NCBI GenBank assembly: GCA_043228905.1
Contig: JBHGNT010000007.1
Coordinates: 5,890,001 to 5,954,000 of the forward strand
DNA length: 64,000 nucleotides
Direction of reading: 5' to 3'
Source: Azolla caroliniana
Taxonomy: Eukaryota > Plantae > Polypodiophyta
Positions 49,981 to 63,700 of the stretch are shown here, piece by piece. Under the pieces are notes generated by a model, which saw nothing but the letters and a program-made list of their open reading frames with translations, was not told the origin of the DNA and made no database searches. How positions within the stretch are numbered: position 1 is the first letter of the stretch; each line of letters opens with the position of its first letter. The position numbers and the translations under genes were made by a program.

Positions 49981-52900
49981 TCACGCCAACTCCTGTTTCT
50001 GCTGCCTATACAGCAGGATGAGGGTCTGCACCAATCCCGCATTCGCGACATGTGGTAAAAACACAGCAGCCCAGGTGGGATAATAGGGACCAGGAAGCTT
50101 CATTAGAAGAAAGAAAGAGAACATCACCATCAAAGGCCATGTGGTTCTCCCATTGTCCTGCAAGGCACTTTCACACTATGACGGTAGACGAGAAAAATAT
50201 GTCAAACCCAAAAAAAGAAGCAGCATATTGCAAAAGTCCATCAAATGAAGTAGCAGAAGAAGCAAAACACAGTCTCATTTCATCTATCTCCAGTTCCACC
50301 ACTATTTTACACCTATAGTTGACTTTACATGATGCTATCTTAATTTTTTCTACCTCCAACCCCACAATATTGTGTGCGGAGCATACCTCCAGCAGAAAAC
50401 TGGAAAGTTTTTCAACCACTTTTTGCTTAGACTGGTTCACCGATTCTGTACGTCAAGGAGAGCAGGGTTTCTAAAGAGAGATACAAGAGAAACCGCACTT
50501 TTCTACAAGTTTATGCACAATGTAGGGTTCCGGAAGGGTTTCTTCCATCCAAAAGTGCTAGAGACGTAATGGATTCCTCCTATGTAGTATGAAAAGAGTG
50601 TGAGGATCACGAAAAGAGTTATACCTGAAACTGGACATCAAGGAAAGCATTGCCAACAACTTTTGCAATGAGAAAGCCAGTGAGCATTCCAAGTGGTATG
50701 AACAAATCCTTCTTAGCCAATAAAGTAAACAAAATTTCCCTCACTGCGGACACAGCCAATAGGGGAGGCATGAGCCACTTGAATGGCCCCCACCCTAGAT
50801 CGATCGTACGCTCCACGAATCGTCTGCCTGCCTTCTCCCATGGGAAACTTTGAACTGCTTCGCTAACATTTCCAGTTAATGATGTTGCCACACTTTTCTG
50901 GTTCCCACCATCTTCATGTGATGCCTTAAGTTGACAAACAACATTTCTCCTTTCACACACACAATAGGAACTAATGCCCTGAAAAATGTGTCCATTACTA
51001 CGATGACATGAGATCAATGACAAGAATTTCCAGAAAATTCAAGAAACATATATTTATGTGACATAAATATACATATTTATATGTATATGTACTGATACTT
51101 GGCTACAGAATTAGCCCTCAACCTGTATTCTGTTCACGATCTGCCCTGAATGTGTCCTTGATGAGCTTTTAACTGAATGCAAGACACCTAAAGGAAAGAA
51201 TGCATTTAGTACGTGAACCATAATTTTCTTGATGCCTAAATTTATAACTAAAAAGAATCTTCTTTTTTCCAATGATATTCTGATGCAGACCTACTGTAGA
51301 ATAAGGATGATATGCGGACATCAGAACATTCGTATTTTCTTTATTACAAAGATACTGAATTTCTGATATGCAGACATAGGACCTACTGTAGAATAAGGAT
51401 GATAAGCAGAATGGGGAACATCTGGATTTTCTTTATTAATATGGCATGAGAAGTTATGTACCAAGAGAGTGAAGCTATCAAGAAGGTATACTAGTGAAAT
51501 CTGCATATTAGCTGACAAAGCAAAATTGACCAAGAGATGAACACAGAACTGTTACAGTGTTGTCAAGTTATTCAATTTGCTGTTGAAAACCCAAATAGTT
51601 TGGAACAAAACCTTTGAAAAGACACAGATGGGACACTCTTTTACAGTCCGAAACAAAAATCTTTCTGGAGCTACCACTTCCATGATGAGATTCTAAGAGA
51701 TCAAGTGGTTTGAGTTCAGCTCTAATAGTATTATGTCAAGAAAATGTGATTGCACATTTTGACACACGACAATATATTGTGGGCTATATTCAAGAATCTC
51801 AAAGATTACTTGATTGCTAAATAGTTTTCTGGAATTGATATACTCTAAACACATGTATTAATTTTTAAGTAGATTGTAACGTGTGTTCAAGTACAAAGTA
51901 TGTTGTTATTTTTGTGTTCAAGAAATTCCCTCAGTTAACCACATGAGCATGCATACACATTTAAGATATTAAAAGACAAATAAGATGCCAAATCAGGTGA
52001 ACAAGGCCATAAGATGGCATACGGTTAATGCACTGAGGCAACATACCAACAGGCAAACAAACATGAAGAATCAACATCAAGTCAATAACTATGTGAGAGA
52101 TTCTGAGAGCCAGTTCCAATATGTAAAACCAGGTGAACTAGGCAGGCACAATTGAACTCGTTTTTCTTTATATAATGAAGGCACAAATACACTACAAAAA
52201 TCTCTTCTTGTCCACACAGCGGATGAATCTAAACTGATAGCCTCTATCATAACCCAAACTTCCACCATGAAGAAATAAACCTCTATAGTCTGAGGTTATG
52301 CTAAATTCTCGTTCTTTACAAACAGCCTATTTGGCCATTATGTTTCCTATTAGTGCTGCACTCCCAAATATCTTCACCTAACAATGTTCTTCCATTGAAT
52401 TCTCCTAGCATAATATCAATACTCTTGTTAAATACCTTGAAACATAGAATTTTGCCCCTCTTAGTTTTCCATGCAAAAAATAGCCTACTTTCCATAAGCA
52501 TTATAGCAATGCAAACTTGAACCCTTCCTTTCTTTCATCTTACTTGTTCTTCAACTGCAATTGTTTCTTTCTAGTTACTTTGTCTAATTTCGCTGTAGAT
52601 TGTTACTCTCTTTTAAAGTTCTTTCCATACATTCTAATATTAACACATGGTTTTTGACAATACTCCAGAAGAGGAGGCTCTAGGCCAATGCTCTTATAGT
52701 GCCTCATACATGTCATGTTTTTGGCACCCCTGGGGATGTTAAATTCACCCTCTCCCTTTCCAAGACCCACCCATAGGATGACAACACTTCACACTCCAAA
52801 TCGAAGCATATTCCACTATTTGAAGATTGCTTTCCACCCTCACTCACTCAATGGATCAATCTCATATATCATCCCATATGAGTTAGCTATCACCATACCA

Positions 52901-53373
52901 AATTCAAGGGAGCTGCATTTTATCCTTGTTTGAGAATAGGAAAGATTAGTGAAAAAGTCAGCATTCTTATGGAGGAGATTCTTGTTGGTCTATGGGCCGT
53001 GTTCCTGTGGTCTCTCCAAACTGAAGTCAATAAGATATCATCATCATTATCACCTCTCCCCAACCTCCCAATCCTCTCTTGAGATAAATCATCATCATTA
53101 TCATCTATGCTTATTAAGACAAAAGAAAAAACCCTGCTCCTTGTTCGAGTATATCCACATTTCTGGGATCAATTTCGTGACAAGCATCACAAAAGTATTG
53201 CTCCTTGTAACGCAATCGGATGAATGGAAATCACAGCACAAAGGCATGTGTCACACGGGTAACCTTGGGTTCCTAAAACAAAACAAAACAAAAAGAAAAA
53301 CAGAACAAAAAAGTGATGTGGGAGGGAAGAGAAACAGAAACGGTGACTCACCCGGAGCAACGAGTAGATGCAT
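49981..53373 (-). CDS. EMB1273-like putative plastid membrane protein; exons 53373-53352, 51187-51123, 50978-50625, 50157-49981 (~205 aa)
   Basis: Four GT-AG exons with consistent phases (22+65+354+177 = 618 nt), a Ser-rich transit-like N-terminus and hydrophobic segments. SFPWEKA and KLPGPYYP.W...LPH.AN.G resemble Arabidopsis EMB1273 from memory; not searched. Confidence 0.75.
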
Positions 53374-53710
53374 CCTTCTGCAGAAGCTCGGGGGAAAGAA
53401 AAGAAACAGAGAATCACGCAGAAATCCTTTTGGGAACAGGAGACGGGAGAGAGAGACAGACAGACAGAAACAGGGGAAGGGGCTAACTAAACCAGCATTG
53501 TGTGGGTTTAGTGTTAGATCAAACAATTTTCCTTTTATTTCCCAGAATGCCCCTCGGTTTTCCTTATTTCTCCCCCATGCCCTCCCAATGCCACCCATCT
53601 GGCCTTTGCTTGCTTCGCACCAGCCCCAACAGACACATCAATTACTTCTACAAATATCACTCTCTCCTCCTTTTGTCCCATGGGCCAGATTTGATCTTAG
53701 AAGACGTTAA

Positions 53711-53712
<2 letters not shown>

Positions 53713-53779
<67 letters not shown>

Positions 53780-53792
53780 GCGCGTGCGCGCG
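53713..53792 (+). repeat. (TG)n microsatellite grading into (CG)n, upstream of the EMB1273-like gene
   Basis: About 30 TG units followed by CGTGTGCGCGTGCGCGCGC. Confidence 0.95.
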
Positions 53793-55787
53793 CACATGCT
53801 AGCCATGTAAAGAGTATACAAGTATATCACAAAAGTTGAGAATATATGTGATCATAGATTGCTCAAACAAGCTTGGAACATTGTATGCAAGGTACAAAAC
53901 ACTAATAAGATCAAAGACCTCTTATTCGGCTAGATGCTTGACATTATGAAATGGATGGGGTGTAAAAGATCTATTGGATCTCTTGGATGATGTTATGAAG
54001 TATGTGATCATTAAGAATAGATTACTAGAGGCCCTAATTATGAAGTGACGTGATGCTAAAATGTCAAAACGGAACAATTACATTGCAAATATTAGCCCCT
54101 AATATTGGCCCCAATACAAGGAGAAAATGGCAAAACTTATCCAATTGCATCTCACTACCCCCATAAGCCTTGGCTCTTGAAGAGCCTTAACACTTCTTCA
54201 AACACGTTCGCACAAGTTCGGTGTTGAGGTAGCATCATGGAATCATCATAGAAACAAGGTATGCAATGGAAACTTACTGGAGGATGAATATCACTTACTT
54301 ATCCCACGCTCAGCGTACAAGGTAATTCACGAGAAATATGATGAGTTATACAATATTCCATCTTTCAGCACATATGAGAAGTTAATCATAAATGTTATTG
54401 TGATTCCATTTTAGGTTGGGGCTTTCCACTTCCATAGACCTTTTATTGCTTCAAGTAGTTCCACTTATGCAAAGGCCAGAGTCTAGTTTATTTGCTTCTA
54501 CCTAGTTAATGATGGGTACTACATGTGAGAGAAGAATTCTTTGAACACCTAACACCTTTTGAGTTTGTATAATCTAGCACTAAATATTTTCATGCAAATT
54601 GGTGTTGGATGTGAGTCTGCTTCCCTTCTCACATTTCACATATTTAATTGTTTCTTTTTGTCCAAAACTATGTATCCTTTTTTAAAGAAATTGTCGCAAA
54701 AGTATCCATTCTCACTAAGACATTTGACGAGCACATTTGTCTAGAACTATGTAGCCCCGAATCTTTGGGATTTTATTCAAGGGGAGATTGTAGAAGTCAA
54801 TGAAATAGTTGGGCTAAAGAGCATGGAATTATGCGGAATGGATGCATACCGAAGAGGATGAATATTCTTGTTGCTTGAATATATATCAATTTACACCACT
54901 TAAACACAATATTTTATCGTCTCAACTCTCGAGAATGTACGATGATTAACTTAACTTAAAACTTCTCATATATGTATAGGGAGAGATATCTTAACTCTCA
55001 ATGGTTGTTTGACAAGTGAAAGCTCGTGTGATATTCTCTCTTATCACTATCGTCGTCTTCTTTTTCTTCTCTATCATTATTAGTTTTCTTCCTCATTTTA
55101 CACTCTTGCTCCTTAATGATCCATATTCAAGTTTCTAGAACCTTCCTTAAAATTACACATATGACCTTTGATATACATATAGGGTCTATATTAATTCATA
55201 ATGAAAACAATAATCTTTCTTACTTTTAGACCAATCCTTTTTTGAATTCACAACTATGGCCTAGACATTTGAGATGCTACAACTTAGTCTTTGAACGTTT
55301 CATTGATACATTGCCCTTATTACTAAGCCTAGTTGTTGGTGCCAAAATCCACCAAATTTGCCTCATCAAGTGTGAGCTTCATGACGACATAGATTTGAAA
55401 TCTCATATTTGAGATAATTGTCATTAACAATCAACAGTGTTTGACCATGAAGAGGCACATCATCATATTTGATTCCAAATTGCAATTGGATCGATATTGG
55501 TGCAATATTAGAAAGTTGAGATGTAAAGTAAATCCATAGATTAGAACAATATTTTGCATCATTACGTTGGATTCCAAATTGCAAGTATGATAAAAAAGAT
55601 TAGTGGATGATTAGAAAGTTGAGATATATGGTCAATCGATAGATCACAACAATATTTTGCATATTGGATGGAGTTTATCATGTACCATCAAGTTTGGCAT
55701 ACTATTTAGAATGTGATACATGATAGAAAATATAGTTTGCCACTTTCATATATAATTGTGCTCTCCACATTTAGCATATTACAAATT

Positions 55788-56412
55788 ATTGAGCAATTGT
55801 CTCTAAAATCTAAAGTATTATTGAAATCTCCAAATATAAAAGTATTCTAAACCACATATCAACTCTTTATTTTAAAGCTTGATGCTTCGAGACCACACTT
55901 GATGCGATGGATGCCCATCCATGTACAATGAATGTCATTATAAGCCAGAATGGGATTAAAAATCTCTTGCTTTACTATTGTTAACAATCATAAAGCATTT
56001 CCTTGGCTGACATAAAGTATAATATAGCCAGCAAAGCATATTGCTTGACCAATACATTTTCTTATGGCTTATGTTATTGACCACACTATATTGAGCAATT
56101 GTCTCTAAAATCTAAAGTATTATTGAAATCCCCAAATATAAAAGTATTCTAAACCACAAATCAACTCTTTATTTTAAAGCTTGATGCTTCGAGACCACAC
56201 TCATAAATTTCTCCACACTTGATGCGACGGATGACCATCCATGTACAATGAATGTCATTATAAGCCAGAATGGGATTAAAAATCTCTTGCTTTACTATAG
56301 TTAACAATCATAAAGCATTTCCTTGGCTGACATAAAATATAATATAGCCAGCAAAGCATATTGTTTGACCAATACATTTTCTTATGGCTTATGTTATTTG
56401 ACCACACTATAT
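55788..56412 (+). repeat. Direct tandem duplication, ~300-320 bp unit
   Basis: ATTGAGCAATTGTCTCTAAAATCTAAAG...GACCACACTATATT occurs twice; the second copy carries an extra ~20 bp bounded by CCACACT. Confidence 0.9.
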
Positions 56413-57152
56413 TTGGTGGGTGGAACTTGAACATAATTCCAAAATAGTTTCCATTTAACATAGTTATAGATCCCCCTTTAGATTTTGGAAACACACTTGA
56501 ATTTTAGATGGGCCATGTGATAAAAGTCAAATAAGATAGTTATAGGCCATGTGAGAAAAGTGGATGCTTAGCATTGAATCACTATAAAAATACCTGAATT
56601 CCTAGAATCCCCCCCCCCAAAAAAACATTTGGATGAATGAAAATAAAATAAGCTCCCCACGATTAGTTAAGATGCCTCTAACTATCTCTACAATTAGTGA
56701 TCCTCAGCAAAAACCCAATACCATGAAATAGAAAGGTTGTTTTTTCCCCTAAAATTTTGTTGATTTTTAGTCTCAAATTTCTCAAAACTATACTCCATAT
56801 TGCGTTTTAGATTTATAGTTAGTTGCCTATCATCATTAATAAGAAGTGCCTCATTCCCCATCAAAACTTCCCATTGTAAAAATGTGGTCTTAGTGCAATA
56901 CAAATCTTCTACCTTTGTGAGGTATAATTTAATTGTCTTCTCCCTCTTTTCCTCCTAACTCCTCTTTGCTGGCGGTGACTTTACTTCTTCTAAAATCTAT
57001 TTCATTGTTACAATATCTTGTTCTAACATCCTACCAAAATTCAATCTTCTACTCCAATTTTGGGTGGCAAGTGGTAAGGCGAGACAAAATGACCTGGGGA
57101 CTGAAAACAATGCAACGCTAAAGGTGTTAAAGGGCAAATTTCAGATATTGAA

Positions 57153-57502
57153 ATGAGTTTAGGCAAATTAGATTGATTATTAATGCATGATTATAAACAG
57201 CTCCAATTTTCATTCCAGCTACTTTTGTTCATTATCCCTGGTATGCCATACCTCATAAAAATGAGGTTGAAAAGGCATCACCAATTCTCTTATATATTTC
57301 ATGAGTCCATCATTAAGGAGATGCCTAGATGAATTTAGGCAAATCAGATTGATTATTAATGCATGATTATAAACAGCTCCAATGTTCATTCCCACTACTT
57401 TTGTTCATTATCCCTGGTGGTATGCCATGCCTCATAAAAATGAGGTTGAAAAGGCATCACCAATTATCTTATATATTTCATGAGTTCATCAAATAAGGAC
57501 AT
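57153..57502 (+). repeat. Direct duplication, ~175-180 bp unit, in the 3' region of the ANTH gene
   Basis: TTTAGGCAAAT.AGATTGATTATTAATGCATG...TCTTATATATTTCATGAGT occurs twice. Confidence 0.9.
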
Positions 57503-57504
57503 GA

Positions 57505-58419
57505 CTATAAGACCGATTTAAGATGAGTCTTGACGTTCAGCAATTCATAGTCAGTTATTAGGATCTCCTTGAACCTCACATTGTCATCCATAACATCACT
57601 ACATACTTCAAACAAGTGTGTCAATAACATCGTCTGGCTAGAGAGTCTCTCACATACTTGCAATAGATTCGCTGCTTCGGATCGCGTCAACATTGAGATC
57701 CTCGCCGCAATCTGTTTGAATCGGCATTGAAGCTCTTCGTATGCCCTTCCGACCACAATCATCACGAGCTTCAGGCTCTCCTTCACTAAAAGATGATCTA
57801 CAAATGAGTCCATGGCCATCGATGCTTCCTGAAGGAACTCGTGGAGGCACATAAATTGCGTGACGAAATTCGCTGTGGGCAATGCCACGATGTGGTCGGA
57901 TTCGCAATCCGACCTAACAGTATCACAGTTGAAGAAAAGCCCTAACATTCTTGAGGTTTGGATCCATTTCTCCACAAAGCCGGCGTACCAACGGACCCAA
58001 CCCGATGCCGACCAAGAAAGAGCGGAATCCCTGTCTTTGAAATTCGACATATTCAGGCAATTCCGGCCGCTACTGAGCTCTCTATGGAAGCTGATCTGAT
58101 CTTGGAACATGAAGCCTCCTTCACATAGGCATCTATGGATGAGGATGAGGCATTTTAGGGCGACGACCCAGCTATGTGTCTTGCTCAGCCTTCCCATAAT
58201 CATCTGCACGCAGCGGGAAACGCGCACTCGGGATTGCGACCCGATGCCGACGATGATTTGAGCGACCGCCGCTTCATCGGGGAGCATTTCTTGGTCATGA
58301 TTGGTTGCGCGAAGCACAGGGACAAGGGCAAGGCTTACCTGATTGTGTTGTGATTTGGCGATGGCAGAGGACCATTGATCTTGCACGCGATTCACGTGCC
58401 GCTTGATCCAGCGTGCCAT
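57505..58419 (-). CDS. ANTH/ENTH-domain putative clathrin assembly protein (short, intronless PICALM-like type)
   Basis: VLRATNHD...P, RLSKTHSWVVALKCLILIHR, GRNCLNMSNFKD and SGWVRWYA; 304-aa uninterrupted ORF. Confidence 0.9.
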   Translation of the reverse strand: MARWIKRHVNRVQDQWSSAIAKSQHNQVSLALVPVLRATNHDQEMLPDEAAVAQIIVGIGSQSRVRVSRCVQMIMGRLSKTHSWVVALKCLILIHRCLCEGGFMFQDQISFHRELSSGRNCLNMSNFKDRDSALSWSASGWVRWYAGFVEKWIQTSRMLGLFFNCDTVRSDCESDHIVALPTANFVTQFMCLHEFLQEASMAMDSFVDHLLVKESLKLVMIVVGRAYEELQCRFKQIAARISMLTRSEAANLLQVCERLSSQTMLLTHLFEVCSDVMDDNVRFKEILITDYELLNVKTHLKSVL

Positions 58420-58707
58420 GATGTTTGGGGTCTGCTAGACACTCAGGACTCCGTCTGTCTGTCTGTCTGTCTGTCTGTCTTGTCTGAGTCTCTTCTCGGA
58501 TGGGCAGCTATGGCGGCTAGAAATTTGTTTCTCATTGCTTCTCAGGTCAAATCTGCCCCTACCCCATACATACATACATACATACATACATACCCCATCC
58601 CATGTATGTATGTATGGGCCATGGCTTTACACTCACATACATACATATACTTGCTCTCCTATAATATACAATATGTACCTATTGTCAACACTCTGCTCTC
58701 CAACTGC

Positions 58708-59124
58708 TAACAATCAGCAACGGTTCGGTTCGGTTCGAGAGGGTCAAAACCGAACCGCTTTGGAACCGAACTGTTTTACATTTTTTCAAAACATGAGCCG
58801 AACCGAACCGAACCACAAAACCGTTTAAACCGAACTACTAAAACCTTTTTTTCAAACCGTTAAAACCGCGGTTTCGTGGTTTGGTTTCGGTTTTCAACTT
58901 CGATCAATTTTTAAAATTTCAAATATTTCATTATTTTTAAATTTTTAAAATTTTAAAGATGCTTCTAAAATGTGAGAATAAGGTCTAAATATAAAAAGAT
59001 TGTTTAAAAACACTTTTTTTAAAATAAAAAAATAAAAAACCGTTTTAAACCGCGGTTTCGGACAATTGAAACCGAACCGAACCGTTTAAACCATTAAGCC
59101 GTGGTTTCGCGGTGCCGATTGTTA
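58708..59124. mobile_element. hAT-like MITE, same family as 25837-26232, in opposite orientation
   Basis: TAACAATCAGCA...TGCCGATTGTTA termini. Its left end GGTTCGAGAGGGTCAAAACCGAACC is the reverse complement of the right end of the 25.8-kb copy. TSD unclear. Confidence 0.8.
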
Positions 59125-60144
59125 ACCACCACAAAAGGAGACCGCATATGTCCGCGTACCCCTGCCCATCAAACCCATGAAGCATATGTTTGAGTACCCC
59201 ACCCATCGGACCCATGATGCATGTCCGGGCATGTGGCACGACACCATGGATGAAACCGGGCATCCCCTGCCCCTGCACAACCCAATTGAAAAACACTTTA
59301 TACTTCTGTCCACTATATGCACCTAGCATTCCATCCTAACTTGTTAACCTATCACTCGTCGTCCAACAAAAATAATACCAAGATGATTGGGTGCCCACTG
59401 TTGGATTATCTTCTTGTTTTGTTTTCATCAAAGTCGACCGGGAAATAAAATAGTACAGCAGGACAACCATGTTGTGCAGAATGGAATTGGTTACTCGTTT
59501 TTTTTGCAGGTAGCTGCTAGCTCTACGTGTTTTGACGTGTTGTTTTTATTTAGTTTTTACTCGGTGGCAATCTTACTGATGAAGAAAGATAATGAAAATT
59601 GTCTTCTCACTTACTTGGCCCCCAACCTTAGGTAGCGCAAGGTTAGAAATTGTCGTATAAATGCACACAAACTCTTCGAGTTCAACCTTCATGCAATTTC
59701 CATAGAAACAAACCATTGTGCAAACTTGCACAAATTCTTTCAGTAAAATCCTCATGTTGATTTCAATCAACTCATTATGAATAGTTGCTATCTTGGTGAT
59801 GCCATGCATAAGAAGACATTGTTGTGGTATGGTCATATTTTCTTTAAAAAGTTTGTTTATGTTAGAGGTTACTTTTTTTGTGTGTGTGTGTGATAGATTA
59901 ATTTAATTTTTTGTAGAAATAAAAGGATACCCATAAAAGGTACACCATCAAGGAGTTACAATCCAAATAGTGTAAAATGGAAAACGAGTAGCAAAATTGA
60001 AACAAATAGCGGGTTTCCTTCAAAATCACATTATTGTGCAAACCAAGATTGTAGTCTTTTATTTTTGAAAGTTTCATGAGAAAGAACAAGCGATTTATAA
60101 CCTTTGTAAACCGAACTGTGGGAATCCAACCCCCTTCAAGACAC

Positions 60145-63100
60145 TTTTTTTTTTCCAAAAAAACACTACTTCCCATTAGTTAGCAAACAAAGTACATCAA
60201 AGTTCAGCCATAATCAACAAAACTCACACCACTCCACACAAAACTAAGCATAATCCCCCTCTTTTTACATGGTAACCACATAATTACATCTTCTGTCCAC
60301 TAATGGAAGCCAATGACGAAAACAACCATCTCGGTGCTTGGTAGTTCCATTTAGGCCCTGATGCTGAATTTACCATCATAGGAGAACGACCCCATTTCAG
60401 CAAAAACTTTGACCGAGCCCTTTCTGCTTCACCCAAGTTCCCTTCAATTGAGTTGTATCGTCCGCGCAGCCAAGATACTAGCTTGAACCAAATGTTTAGC
60501 AACACTTCACCGTGTGTGAGTTTTCGTTGCTAAAAAACATACATCGTCTGATCCAAATGTGCCAGACCGAGAAGCATGCCACCAACATCCATATCTCCTC
60601 AAAAAAACCAGAGTTTGTACCAGGTTTCATTCCAACACATTTGAATACACTACCACCCTGCACTATAATTCCATGACCATTTGGATTTAGTTGTTCCGCC
60701 CAGCCTTCCCTAGTTAGCTTCAAACCTTGTAAGGAGCCCCACACAACTCTCCCATTCACACCGCATGTTGCCACTATCCTGAGACTTCTACCCCAAATGT
60801 TGATTGCCTCTGCACAGTTCCAAAAACAGTGAGGTATCGATTCCAAAGAGTGACCACATAACTTACAACCAGCCTCCCCACCACGACACCTCATCCACTC
60901 CCCTACGGGTATCGCCTTATGACTAAGAAGCCAAAACCAAACCTTTATTTTTTCTGGCATATCCAATGCCCAAAGTCTCCTCCAAAATGACCATCAACAA
61001 CCTTGTTTATCAGTTGGGTCACCTTCTCAAGCCTACCAAACTGACCCTCACTCCTCTTCATTCTGAAAACATCCCAATCTCTTACTGAACTAACATTGTA
61101 CCCTAACATGCGCCCCATGGCAAATATTTTTTCTGTCCAAGCATCATGCCGTCTTCGCTTCTAATCCTAGGGTTCCAAAATAGCAGTTGTCAAAGTTGTT
61201 CCTCCAATGTTTTCAGTTGTATTAAGACCAACCCTTCTTTTACACTTGACCAGGCCATCATTATGGCACATGCCACCCTGTCCTCCATGCTAGTTGGTAC
61301 TTTCATCTTTAGATCTGGACTAAACAACCACCACATCTTTACCTTCCAAGGGCCGCCATTCCTCGGACACCAAAGGTCAGCTTTGTCCCTAAGAAGCATC
61401 TTCCACAATTCAGGTCCAAGTTGTAAACATCGCACAAGTAGCTTACCGAGTAAAGCCTTACTTTGGTGAACTGGATCCACCAACCCAAGTCCACCCTGGT
61501 TTTTCGCCTTGATCAAACAACTCCATGCCACTCTTTAAAATGCTCAGGTAAGCGTCCAACAGCCCATGCCTCATTAAGACCATCAACCAATTCAACCTTA
61601 ATCACTTCCCAAAAAATTTCAAAAAAATCTCTTGATAATCCATATGAGACTTCAATGTGTACCACAACCAGCTAGATTACTTGCCCATATGCTCCTTATC
61701 TTTCTTCCCACTTCCACATCCTCAAAAAGCTTAATGTTGATCCTCATGTTGTAGTCTCTTTTTGGCCTCCTCTGGTTGACTAATGTAATCTTAACCGTCA
61801 TATGATTAGAGTAAGCTGAACCAACGATTATTTCAACATTGTTACCATATTTTTCAAGTTCTGAACTTATGTATATTCTGTCTATGCGAGATATGCAAAA
61901 GCCATTTATACCGCCTACTCTTGAAAAGCTTAGCGAACTCTGAGGCTTTTTTAGTACATACCACGCATCTTTCACTTCTAATCGTCCCATCAACAAATCC
62001 CATGCAACTAACTCTAACCCTTGGACCACTGTATGAGTGCCACCCACCTTGTCCTCTGTGTGCAAAGTCATGTTAAAATCCCCTGCAAGAATCCACGTAT
62101 CTGCAAATGGCAAGCCATCAACCAATTGCCTCCAAAAAGGGGCCTACAAAGTTGATGAATTAGGTGCATACACATTTATTATCCCAACTATACATTGATG
62201 CCATCTGACAGTCACATAAATGGCATGTCCCTCCACTATGGTGTCCTGACCCATGACAACAATATCCGGATTGTTCCTAATAGATGTACAAACACCTCCT
62301 TTTCTACCATGCTCACCCTCAATTGGGGACCAAAAAGTATGCCAATCCCCCTCAAGAGGATTGCCAATACTCAAGATTCTGTCCGCACTCAAATGATGCT
62401 CTTGCAAGAGCAAAATGTCCGGGATCCCCTTAAAGCACGGGGATTTGAACTCTTGACGGAAGTTCTTCCTTTCCATCATGCATTTGCTTCCACCAAGACC
62501 TTGTATGTTCCACGTGATTAATTTCATGAAATCAATTGTGAGGTCTCCCAAGAAGGACAAAGTCCCTCCCCCTGAGTCCATGCCCAACCTCCCTCATTGA
62601 TCTTCTCCCATCCTAACACCACATCCTGCCTTATATCTTCTTCCAGTTCCTCCTCATGGAAGTGTAACACCTCATCGAGGGAGTCTACCTTCTCCTCTAG
62701 GCATAGTAGTAGTTGCTTTTTAATGCAAGCATTGTTGAAACTCCCACATATCATTCCAACATTCATCCACATCGACATCCACTCATCCCCACTCAAGGTG
62801 ATTGGCATGTTGTTAAAGTATTTGTGCGCCTTGACTTCTATGGAGCTAGATATCCGTGGCATGTTGCTAGCCGAAACCTCCAGGTCCATCAGGCCAAATG
62901 AGAAGCCTACTTTCGTCAACTTGTTTTGTTCAGCAATAATCACATAAACCCTCAGCCCTAGGGCTTCCTCATGACACAAATCAGTCAGTCTCGTGAGAGC
63001 CTGCTGGCTAAACTTGCACCCCATGCCTAGTGTGCCCCTTTCCAATCTTTTGGACCTAACAAAATTGACAGAAACTCTGACAGGTGCCTCCCTACTTACT

Positions 63101-63700
63101 TGTCGCGACTCTTGCGGCTTCTGAAATTCGGAAGTGGTGGATGATCTTTCTTGACATCTCCCATTGCATAACCATTTTTTCATTGCTCTCAATCCAATAC
63201 TTCCACTTTTACCAATGGAGGAGGGGGAGATCATGACATTTTCTTGTCTGAGCTGTGTATTGTTTAGGAAGACATCGGGTGTGCACGCTACCACCTCTTC
63301 CACATTAGTTGTCCTTTGATCCTGTAATAGGACCTCCTCTTCTTGCAACACTTCAAAACGATTCCTCAAATCTACATGAGGTGAAGCTATGTTTCCTTCT
63401 TGTTCCAATCCATTTTTACGTCCCAAAACAAGAGTCCAAACGTTGGCATTACCCCTTCAAGACACTTTTAACAAATGAAAACAATCAATGAAATTCACAA
63501 ATTGAAAATCATTAGCCAACGAGTGGATTGAGAAGAGCACAAGAGAATGCATTGACTCCGCAAAAATTGTGAACACCAACCTCACCAAGGGTCCAACAAA
63601 AAATGAAGAGTGGATTTCGTGCATTTCGACCTACTTCATCGAAGAATCAAAGAACCTCAGTGTAAGAAGCAAACATAATCCCCACCATGGCAAACAAAAG
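60145..63700 (-). mobile_element. Internally deleted L1-like LINE (ORF1 remnant, APE endonuclease, RT core missing, zf-RVT, poly(A))
   Basis: MKLITWNIQGL, LLLQEHHL, INVYAPN, ILAGDFN, SRIDRIY and SNH mark the endonuclease. A short RT entry (GLSRDFFEIFWEVI) jumps to W.....K.QGGLGL, then CKLCGHSLESIPHCFWNC and WNYQAPRWLF. An A-run lies at 60154-60145. The 5' end is approximate. Confidence 0.88.

Noticed and set aside
52949-53710. 253-aa plus-strand ORF
   Set aside because: Low-complexity antisense to exon 1 and intron 1 of the EMB1273-like gene; no domain signal.
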